Positions 36,101-46,196 of a DNA stretch of 64,000 bases are shown piece by piece. The notes beneath the pieces were generated by a model. It was not told the origin of the DNA. It worked only from the letters and a program-made list of their open reading frames with translations, and made no database searches. The position numbers were made by a program, and so were the translations under genes. The stretch comes from Thalia democratica (taxonomy: Eukaryota), in the NCBI GenBank assembly GCA_965202585.1, contig OZ241827.1, forward strand, positions 77,872,001 to 77,936,000, in the 5' to 3' direction. Numbering within the stretch: the stretch's first letter is position 1; every line of letters begins with the position of its first letter.

Positions 36101-39100
36101 GGTGAACCCCCTCACCGGCAAGCTGTCGGCGACCAATGGCGTGCGAGGTCGCCACAACGTCACGGTTGGCGTCAGCGACGGCAGCAGGTACTCGACGGGC
36201 CGGGTCGCCATCGAAGTGGTGAAAATTTCAAAAGAGTCGATTCAGAGTTCGGTCCAGGTCACTTTCGAGGGGATTTCCCCAGAAGCGTACCTTTCGACGG
36301 TTCACGGCAAATTTTTAGCGGCCCTCGGTGACATTCTTCCAAGGGGTTCGAACCCCGGTGAAAATGTTGAAATTTTGTCCCTGAAACGCTTGAATGATTT
36401 CAATGCGCAGCTGGTGTTCAGCGTGAGGTCGCCGAAGCGTGACGGCCAGTACCTGAAAGTCGGCCGCCAGCTGAAGGACTCGCTGCCGCTGCTCACCGAG
36501 AAGGCGGGGGTGAGGGTTACGGACGTCAGGGGGGAGGAGTGCGACCTCGAGTGCGCCCACGAGTGCCGGTACGACGTAGTTGTGACGTCATCAGGGGAAA
36601 GTCCCATCACCACGAAAAAGTGGAGCTTGCTGACCCCTCATTGGTTCAATCGCGAGGAGAAGTGCGTGTGCCGGAAAGGTCACGCGGGTGTGAATTGCGC
36701 TTCCGTTTGCGCTGGAGTAACGGACGTGTGCGAGGAAGTAGGCGGAAAGTGCGAGCTGGACGCGAACGAGGTGCGAGGCTACCGGTGCGCGCAGAAGAAC
36801 CAAAGAAACAGCGCAGTTTCTTTCGGGGGAAATTCCCTGATCGAGTACAAGCTGAACAACCCTGAAGTGTTCAGTTTGTCGCTGAGGTTCAGAACCCGGC
36901 AGCGCGACGCAAAACTGCTGGAGGCCGCGGAAGAGTCGGGAGGCAACTTGGCGCGCGTCAGCGTCGACGAAGGGAAACTGAAGCTGGAGTTCGCGTGCGG
37001 GTTGGACGGCGGAAACATGCAAACCATGGAAATGAGCGAGTCGGAAATGAGCGACGGAAACTGGCATGACGTCACAATCGAACCCATTTCCGACAAAGAT
37101 TGCGCTTATAGGTATGAAGTTTTTATTTTAGTTACTATTCAAATTTATTTGCAAAATTTTTGTTGTAAGTTCGTAAAAAACTTATGCTTGTTACTAGTAA
37201 GATATACTAAGTGATAGTTTTCTGGCTTATAGTTTTATTTTAGCTGCTTAGTCTTATTATAACAACTTTTATTAATGCTAAAACATAACTACAAAAGATT
37301 GCGCTTAGATGTATTTAGCTTTAGTTTTCTTTACTAGTTATTTAGTTCTTTATCAGTTAGTTTTATATGCTTTTCTTTGCTAACTGTTAAAAAGCATGCA
37401 TTGGATCTAATTTTACCAATCAAGTTACGACTAGTGATGTACCGGACCCACAATTTTGGGTCCGGCCGGACCCGGATCCGGACTTTTTTTTCAAACTAGA
37501 ATCCGGCCGGAACAGGATCCGGACTTTTTTTTTCAAATTAGAATCCGGCCGGAACCGGACCCGGACTTTTTTTTCAAATTAGAGTCCGGCCGGAACCGGA
37601 TCCGGACTTTTTTTTCAAATTAGAATCCGGCCGGATCCGGATATCAGACAAAAATGGCAATATCCGGCCGGACCCGGATAGTGAGTCCGGTACATAACTA
37701 GAATAAACTAGCCTGAGTCAGAATGAGGTTTTTAAAAACTGAAAAAAAAGAACTTTAATCTAATGAGAAGTAAAACAGCTAGCCACAAAGTTTACAAATT
37801 TAGGTGTTATTTACAATTAAAAATCTGAAATCAAATTCTTGAACAAAATACACTAGAAAATTACAAAATATTGAAAACTGGATCAGCTCAAACTCATTCA
37901 AAATCTAAAAGAAAACTTGCCTGAGTTTTTATAAAGAACTAAACTAGCCTGAGGCAGTCAAAGATTTTCTAAAATTCCCAAAAATTTTCAAAATAGCAGG
38001 GTTGCCACTGTTTAAGTCAATAAAACTAGCTAGAGTGAGTATAAACAAGCCTGAGTCAGAATGAGGTTTTTAAAAACTGAAAAATTACTTTAATCTAATA
38101 ATCAGTAGAACAGCTAGCAAAGGTTGACAATTTGGTAGTAAAGTTGTGGACTGATTGTGGTACACTTAAGTTATTAGTACTACTCATCATAATTAAATAC
38201 TACCTTATTTAATTAATATCTAACAAATACTAAATTCTAACTGAGACTACTTTCTATAATCAGACAAGACAGTTTTGAGTGATGAATCTTTTATATAAAA
38301 CACAACAAGAAATACTAGCATATACAGAATTATTAATTACTTTGGTAACACTTTAAAAACTGGAAGCTATTTAAATCTATATCAAAAGACATAAAACAAA
38401 AAACTAAAAGTTAAATAAAAATTTTAGTAAGCAAGAAACTGTAAAATTTTTAATAAACTATTAAACTATAAACCTGGCTTAAATATTTAAACAATTAAAC
38501 ACCTGTTGAAATATTCACTTTTAAGACAAAACACTACTTACAATAAGCATTCACAAAAACGTTCAAGATATTTTGTTGCTTCAAGCTACACACCAAACTA
38601 ACTAACTGCTTACATATAAACTGCCTGTCATGTTCTGATGTTTTGTTGCATAAGTATTTAGTTTGAAACATTTCGTCATATGATTCTCATTTGCTCGTAC
38701 ATTCAACCGTATTAACTCTAAATATTCTCTGAGCTCAATTTTAAACAATAAATAATGCAAGTATTCATTCCAAAGTTTTCAATTTTACAACATATGTAAA
38801 GAGTTGCATTTCATGAAATGTTTATTTATAGTTTAAATGTACACAATGTAAATTAGTCACGTGTACAAAATGAGCCAATCACGGTAGGTGTTTAATTTTA
38901 ACTGACGAAAATGACTCTTATTAATTTTCACAGGGTTTGTTTTTGAAAATATACTTTTCAGTATGCTCTTTTTTACTAACTAGATCCGGTTCCGGCCGGA
39001 TGTCTGTTAGGATCCGGCCGGACCCGGATCCGGACTTTTTTTTCTAATAAGAATCCGGCCGGAACCGGACCCGGACTTTTTTTTCAAATTAGAATCCGGC

Positions 39101-42100
39101 CGGAACCGGATCCGGACTTTTTTTTCAAATTAGAGTCCGGCCGGATCCGGATATCAGACAAAAATGGCAATATCCGACCGGACCCGGACCCGGATAGTGA
39201 GTCCGGTACATCACTAGTTACGACATGTTGTTGTTAGTAAACATTTGCATGTACTATATATTGCTATATATTAACTATAACTAATTTTGATTATTCTAAA
39301 TAAATTTTTACAGGTTGGTAGTAGACAGTAAATACGAGGCTACAGGAGCATTGGGTGAGAACAAAAAAAGAAAGTTGAAATTTGACAAACTTACACTGGG
39401 AGGATTAGATAAAAATAATGATGGTATCATTGGATGCATTGAAGAAATTAAAATTAACCAAATTTTAATTCAAGATCTTCTTCATTACAATAAATTGAGA
39501 ATTACTAAGAAACAAGAAGTTCTTGATAGGTTAGTTTCTGTTTCTATACTCTTTATACGTTAGAAGAATATATGGTTATGCTAAATAAAAACTATACGAA
39601 ATTCCTACTATGTTTTAAAAAAATGTATAAATCTAACTATTTCGATGCAACATAGACATTTAGTTTTAATAAGATGAATTTCATTGAAGTATCAATAAAC
39701 AATATGTTAAAATCTACCTAATTTTTCAGATGTAGCATGGATATTGGGTCTTGCGTGAATCATTTTTGTTACAACGGCGGTAAATGCGGACTAGACATGT
39801 CTTTAGAGGGAAATTCCCCAATATGCAAGTGTAGTTCGGGTTATGCAGGGCCTGATTGTCGCAAAAGGAAGGTTTGTGAAGACTTGCCGTGCAAAAATAA
39901 AGGAATTTGCCATTCACAAGCTGTTGAAAGTTTTAGGTTGGTGAAATTTAAAATAGTTTTAGTTATTTCCTCGAATATTCAATACTTATATTAATAAAAA
40001 AAGCTTAATCTGTTTTACAGATATGAACTTAATGTTTTTTATGAACTTGTTCTTTGCTCACTTTTAGCAATTAGTAGTACTTTACTTATGGGATATAAAA
40101 ACCATTAGTTTTATCATTATCACAGATGCGAATGTAAAGAAGGTTTTGGAGGAGAATTTTGTGACGTCATATGCAAGGAGGGGTTCACCGGAGTGAATTG
40201 TGACGTCATAATAAATAAGTGTTTCAGTTACGATGAACATTTTGCTTGCAACTGCTCTTTATCAAATGAAGGTAAGCTTTTTTACTATGGATATTTGCTT
40301 TGGATGTAGTAATATGTAACTACAAGCAACAAACTAATTTTGACTGCAAACATATTCTAAAATTTTTATTATGTAAAAAATTTGCTGCGAATAAACGTGA
40401 AATTTGAAGTTTTCATGAGAAATGCAAATTTTTTTTTTCATAATATGTAAAGTTTATTGAAATAAAACACTATCTTATCTTAAAAAGACGTTATTTACTA
40501 ATATTAAACATATATGCTTTATAAAAGCTTAAGACTTTAAATTTCACCAGCAGTATTATAATCAACTACCAAAGTATAATTTGTTTAATATGGATTCTTA
40601 AAGACGACTTTATTGCTTGTTTATTAAAACTAATCCTAATGTTTAAATAGGGATGTATTTTTGTCACGCAACATTTCTTTTTTTTTATGTCACGCAAAAA
40701 CTTACAAATCTACAATTTATCTAAAAGTAATAATAAGAACGTAATAAAATACTATTTATTAGCTGTATGTGTTAAAAAATTATAAAAAAGTAGCATAAAA
40801 AGTACGTAGTTGAACTTGTAAAATTCATAGAAAAAAAGCTTAAACAATTGTAATTGTTTAAAATAGCTTATAAGTTCCAAGTTTAAAAGTTTTAGTTAAA
40901 AACTTCAAATCAACAAAATAATAATGATGCTAACAGGTTGCAAAACTATCCTAGAAAATCAGACTAACGCGAAGAAATCATCATTTCCTTATTTAGTCCT
41001 CATAATTGTTATTTTAACCGTCATAATCGTTGCCACCATAGCAACTGCAGTCGGCTGCTACGTAAGAAGGAGGCGAGGAAAAAAGATGCGAACCGGAAGT
41101 ACTATTTCCACTAAAGAAAAGTTTTATTTGACACAACTGAAATACAGAGAAGGTTTGAATGGCTTACATTAATTAATTTTCAATTTTGATTTTATATAAG
41201 TCTTTTAAGTTTAATTCATTAAAAGCAAAAATATTAACGATATATAAAATGTTTTTTTTTTTTCAGATCATTCTTCAGATGGAAACCAGTCGATTCCAAA
41301 GCCACCGATTCCTGCAAGACCGGTTGATTATCAGAGATGTTCAAGAGAAATTATTGACAGCATGGTTGAACAAGTAAATATAATTATTATTATATATTCA
41401 GTTCTTAGTTTACAGTTTGCATACTTCTAATTACTACAATTTAACTATTTAATTATCTGTTTAAAAATAAATTTCAGTTGAAAACCAACAATGAAATCAA
41501 CAATTTATCATTAAAAAAATTAATTACATGTTTTAAAATAATTTTTCAGGAGCTAAAGAACAGGAAACAGTCAAATGACGTATTCGACAAAAGTATGACG
41601 TCATTCCAAGGCAATGAAAAATTGACTTCATACCAGGATAATGGAAAGCTGACGTCATTGGCTTCCGATTCAACTTCGTTTCAGAAAATTCCCATGTCTT
41701 GGACTGACTATGAGCACAATCATGTAAGTAATATAATAAATAACACCAAAAATATTAGCTCAATTTATAGTTTTTATTTCTGTTAATTAATTATTATAGT
41801 TCACACCTGTAAACTGACACAATGGTTATTATATTATTTTAATTATAATAAAAAAAATACGTTCTTTATATTTTATAACTATGATTAAATAAAATTTTAA
41901 GTTATTGTAAGCTTTCACTGACTGTTCATTAAAGCTATAATAATTTTTTTAAGTATATATCTAATTTCGTTTAAACGAAATGCTTCAACTAATTTTTAAA
42001 CCATCACAGTTCAGCGGAAGTATATCTGGTTGTTCGTCTTACAGCAAAAGAACTCCGATCCCGTCTGCGAAATCACCGAAACTGTTCACCAGGATTCCCA

Positions 42101-44768
42101 GATTCCAGCAGCAGTCAGTTCACAAAGTAGCAAGCAAGCAGTCCATCGCAGAACAGCGTAAGTTTTATAACAGTAGTCGAGTGGTAGTCAGGCGTAGACT
42201 GATTCTTTATTAACTTTTTCAGTGGACTTTCTTGTTTTATATATTATTTTAATACACTTTTCTCTGTATTTTTAGCAGTGTTTTAGACTCTAATAATAAT
42301 AATATGATTTTTTCGGAAAACATTTTAAAAAATCCAATAGTTTTTTTTAAAGCTTTTTTTTATTTGAAAAACAAGTTAGTTCCTTTTTTTTTTAAATTCT
42401 TATAATGTAAAACTTTCTTTAAGACTTGATCTCTTATCATGTATAATTGTTAATAAATTAATTCAATCACAGTTCTAAAATATTAACAGTATGTTAGCTA
42501 GACGTAGATATACACTGATTTTGTTTTAATTTTTCAGTAAACCTTTATAATTTTTAGATTTTCAAATTTTTAACATTTATTTTACTTTATTGTATCTTTT
42601 GAAGAAATTTTTGATTTGTAACGTATTTTTATTACAAGATATACTTACAAGTTTAAAAATATTTAATATCTAATTTCAGTTCTAAACAAAGTTAAAAAAA
42701 TATTAATTTTTGATTAGAACATCTTTAAAATGTAAATTTTGTAACTTTGTTTTTTTTCTCACTGTTTTTTCAACTAAAATTTGTTTAACCACAGTTTTGT
42801 AATTCTAAACAGTTGGAAGAAAACCAAAAAAATTGAATTTAGCAGAATTCAACCGTAATACAGGTCTATAAATAAAAAGCTTGGTTATGGTGATTTTTGT
42901 ACAAACTTAGCATGTACTCAAAAACGTGGTGTTAATCATTATAATAAAATAACTTCAACTGCTTTTTCTGAAATTATCTGAATTTTGAAAGTTACTTGTT
43001 TATGTTAACTTTCAAAATCTTTAACATGAATGACTTGTTAAAATTACATAAAACATTGAAAAATAATTTTGATTTCATATAGTTAGGTATATCCAGTTAT
43101 AAGCTTTTACTTTATGTTTCAAAATTTAAGTATAAGTATGTCAACTATTATTATCTATCCTGTTATACTTAGTGGTTTTACATCTCTTGTACTGTTGTTT
43201 GTTTCTAAGTTTTATTTTAAAACTTTCATCTAAATGAAAAATTTCTAAGTTTACCATGGTTATTAAAAAAAAAATGTGTTAATTTATCTGGCTTCAAAAA
43301 TTTTAGTTTTTATTCTAAACGTATTTTTTTAATCTCAAATGATAACACTTACTTTAACTGCCTTTCATTTTTAGCATGTAAATTATTAAGTTGTGATGAA
43401 TTTTATTTTCGTTCAAAACAAAAGTTATTAATGGTTTTATTAGGTTGTTATTTTGTAATTCGAAAAATAACTTGTTACTTATAAATCGAAACTTCAAAGT
43501 ATGTTGATAAATCTCATAGCATGTGGTTTTTGCATGTGTATTATCATGTAACTTGCATTTATTTCAGTATGTTATATCAGGTTTTTCTATACATGTTTAT
43601 TTTTTTTTTACAAGAAGTTGTTTTATTAATTGCATATTTTGAAAAGAAAATTAGTTATCTAAATAATTATTAAAAAGATTCTTAAGAACCCATTAACTTT
43701 TTAAACTCAATGATAAAATGTTAACTTTTTATGTTTAACTTAAAAAGAAACTTTAAAAAAGTTGTAAAAGTTTCTAAAACTCAATTATAAAATTTGACGA
43801 ATCCTTTTTAATACTTAAATAATTTTATTCACCAGATTACGCATGGGACGTTTCTGATTGGATTAAAAACAACTCGTCGGCGGCCAATCACGTTCCTGAA
43901 CACGTGACGTCAGTACCAGTGAGGCTGAACAACAGATCCGACGGTGTTACGTCATCAAACAATCGCGTGACGTCACATTACAACTTGGCTGGGAGAAAAC
44001 CGAAAAGGAAGGGGAGAAAATGCAGCGACGCTTCCACAACAGATTCAAAACTGGTTTGTATAACTTTATAAACTTAAAAAGTTTTATAAGTCTAAAAATA
44101 TATATCTAGACATAAAATAGACAATTGAATTGGGAAAAAACTTAACATTTGAAGCTTTTATATTATAAGTATATAAATATTTACGTAAGTTACAAGTCAA
44201 GATCATTAAATGACAAAGTAATTATTTATTAGTTTTGATTCGAGTATTTATTCTTTCAAACCAGATACGTCATCCGCAAGACGACGAAAACTCCCAGTAT
44301 GACGTCAGTAGCGAGGTTACGACGGCTGCCAGGCAACCCGGGCGCTTATTACGTAGCAACTATGACGTCACCAACCCCCTCTTTGAACCTTCAAACCTCC
44401 CGCCATCCGTTTCCATGGAGCACGAGCGCTTCTCATTGGACGAAAAAATCTCTGAGGCCTCGGAGGATTTCTATGACGACACGGAGTATGAAATTTCCGC
44501 TCCGATGCCCACCGACATTATGACGTCACTTTTGGAGGGCGAGATGGAGGTGGACATGCCGACTCCGGCGAGGGCGCGCAAAAACAAGTTTCACCCCGAC
44601 CAGTACCTGCCCGCCGTCGTCACCATGGCAACCAGTTCCTCGTCGTCGGTAGACAGTGACGTCACTGACCAGTTGCTTGGCAACCAGCTGCAGATGTCGT
44701 CGCTTTCCGACTTGGAGGAAGATGACGTCAACAATTCGTTGATGTTACGTCATAATGACAACGCTTGA
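27169..44768 (+). CDS. FAT1: Unit B 3' module: stop-free exons for about cadherin repeats 19-34, EGF, laminin G, EGF, TM and ICD (one probable frameshift at 33304/33387)
   Basis: Exons 27169-27327, 27444-27849, 28004-28215, 28517-28768, 28962-29109, 29264-29484, 29550-29736, 30076-30203, 30303-30444, 30751-30914, 31151-31214, 31441-31595, 31739-31896, 32147-32380, 32457-32637, 32710-32859, 32992-33133, 33203-33304, 33387-33519, 33689-33831, 34040-34138, 34309-34459, 34542-34711, 34893-35391, 35577-35801, 35986-37111, 39314-39529, 39730-39936, 40126-40271, 40937-41152, 41267-41373, 41550-41723, 42010-42157, 43836-44053, 44265-44768. All are GT-AG and all phases match except 33304 to 33387. Expression is unknown. 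Confidence 0.75.
35986..37111 (+). CDS. Large GC-rich exon: last cadherin repeat, linker, EGF-like domain and N-terminal part of laminin G domain
   Basis: Covers ORF 36003-37214 up to the donor at 37112. YATDKDPHD...VSDG, then CVCRKGHAGVNC, then VSFGGNSLIEY...LRFRTRQRDAKLL...DGNWHDV (LamG). LamG is completed by exon 39314-39529 (GIIGCIEEIKIN). Confidence 0.9.
37461..37640 (+). repeat. Subterminal 43-44-bp CCGG-rich tandem repeats, left arm (about 4 units)
   Basis: Unit gaatccggccggaaccggatccggac(t8-9)caaatta, containing the palindromes tccggccgga and ccggatccgg. Confidence 0.92.
37703..38135 (+). repeat. Dispersed direct repeat of about 95 bp (period 338 bp) in the core of the hAT element
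   Basis: ataaac(t/a)agcctgagtcagaatgaggtttttaaaaactgaaaaa...ctttaatctaat...aacagctagc at 37703 and 38041; partial third copy aaactagcctgag near 37941. Confidence 0.8.
39011..39150 (+). repeat. Subterminal 43-44-bp CCGG-rich tandem repeats, right arm (about 3 units), same orientation as the left arm
   Basis: Same unit as the left arm, followed by the same tail atatcagacaaaaatggcaatatccg...ggatagtgagtccggtac. Confidence 0.92.
40937..41152 (+). CDS. Transmembrane exon of unit B (A counterpart 1161-1376)
   Basis: Acceptor gctaacag; reads GCKTILENQTNAKKSSFPYLVLIIVILTVIIVATIATAVGCYVRRRRGKK. Confidence 0.88.
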
Positions 44769-44839
44769 AAAACTTTACTTTTGAGAAACATTCCCTCTTT
44801 TCTCGTTTTCAGTGTCGAAGTATTTTTGCTGCTGCTTGA

Positions 44840-44849
44840 AATAAATAAA
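44840..44849 (+). terminator. Putative polyadenylation signal of unit B
   Basis: aataaataaa about 70 nt after the TGA at 44766-44768, as in unit A. Confidence 0.45.
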
Positions 44850-46196
44850 AGTTTTAATGAAAGCAGCTTGACGGAAAGCCTTTTAATTTTTGCTGTGATA
44901 TGAGGCTTCATTTTTTTAATTACTTTAAATATAAAGCTTACATTTTGAAATACAAAAGATTTACCTTTTCTAAATAATTTTTCAGTTACCTTTTACAAAT
45001 AAAATAACGTTTATGTTACTAAGTACTTTTATGTTGTTTAGTTCTTTTAAGTCAGTTTTTTTATTGTAAAGTTACTGAGGTACTCTCTAATATTTTAATC
45101 ATCCTGTTAATTCAACTAAAAGTGCCTGGACGAAAATTTTAAATATTCAAGAAGTTTGAATCTGCGGATATTTTTTAATCGAACATGAATTTATGTTATA
45201 TGTGTATTGTGACTGTTTCAAAATTGTGATGTTAAACAAATAAACACAAATCATCTAAATAGTTTTTTATTTATATTGTAAGTTTTTTGATTTTGTTTCT
45301 TAGTTGTTTATATGTTTAACATTTGATAACGAATATTAAAATACCTAAATGGTTTAAGCTTATAGGCATATTTGAAAACTGCATGATTTAGGTTGAACAT
45401 TATTATAATTTTATTTCAGTGTTAAATTTTTATAAAACAACTATTAAATAAATTGTTTTAATTTACTCTCAATAAATTAAGCTATTTTATACTCTTGTTT
45501 CAATTTAAATTGAAGTTTAAACCACTTTATCTTGCAAGTTTTCTTTTGAAAGTAATAACTGAACATAAACTTCTAAAATCTGTTCAAACTCATTAATATT
45601 AAGTCGCTAGAAGACTATAAAGAAAAGAAGAATGACTTTTGTTTTTTAATTTAAAGCACGTTTTGAGACTAAAAAGATTTATTTTAAGTTTTCTGAACCC
45701 TTAATTCAAACACTATTGGCTAACTTTTCAGTTATACTTGGTCGATTTTGAAAGGAATTTATACTGTCAAACTATGTAGTGTGAAATAAAACATTGATAT
45801 TCTTTCGGTTTGCACTTAAACTAGTTTGACCTTTTGGTTAGTTCGTTTGTTGTGCTGTAAAAATGAACCCGTTTTGATCTTAAATAAAAACTGTCAAATT
45901 ATACTTTGATTACTAAAAATAATTTTCGAACTGCAAAATAAATTACTTGAATATTGAAACTAGTAACATCTAGTACCAAAGTGTTTAAAATCAAGATTTT
46001 AATACAAACTAAAACTTTTATTTGGCTTTGATATACGTGTAACACAGTTATAATCGTTTTATTTCTGTTAAAAGTTCTTTATATTGATTGTCAAGAAATA
46101 AAAACCAAAATAACCTTTTTGTTACCTGAAAAAAAAACATCTAAACACCAACTTAATCACATTATTAATTTTTAAATACGTTGATTAGAAAGTTAG

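Larger units (their letters stand above)
37432..39216. mobile_element. Non-autonomous hAT-superfamily-like DNA transposon (1785 bp, composite of two MITE-like arms) in the LamG intron
   Basis: Perfect 16-bp TIR TAGTGATGTACCGGAC (37432-37447) / GTCCGGTACATCACTA (39201-39216), flanked by the 8-bp direct repeat GTTACGAC (37424-37431 and 39217-39224). An 8-bp TSD and a YARNG-type terminus are typical of hAT. No transposase ORF. Confidence 0.88.
6416..44768 (+). pseudogene. FAT1: Unit B: 5'-truncated Fat1/2/3-like protocadherin, disabled in its 5' half
   Basis: I count 25 consecutive cadherin repeats from about 8.4 kb to 36.2 kb. This fits repeats 10-34 of the 34-repeat Fat scheme, using anchors recalled from FAT1: DGSGKGVF...YDRE..YYWLT, GNEDLMF...PDAE..YQLTV, and ESKYPP...YATDKD. 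EGF, LamG, EGF, TM and ICD follow. No signal peptide or first repeats were found. Lesions: stops at 8448, 19704, 22348, 25291, 25438 and 26884; frameshifts near 8300 and 22038; acceptor AG>AA at 12456. Confidence 0.88.

Noticed and set aside
34889-37096. Several long overlapping and antisense ORFs (34889-35215, 35987-36211, 36302-36613, 36315-36560, 36539-36865, 36591-37067, 36779-37096)
   Set aside because: Shadow ORFs of GC-rich Fat exons where stop codons are rare; no recognisable domains. The Fat frame explains the sequence.
37461-37640. Regularly spaced palindromic repeats superficially like a CRISPR array
   Set aside because: The intervening sequences are identical rather than unique spacers, the context is a eukaryotic intron, and the repeats lie inside a TIR/TSD-bounded transposon.
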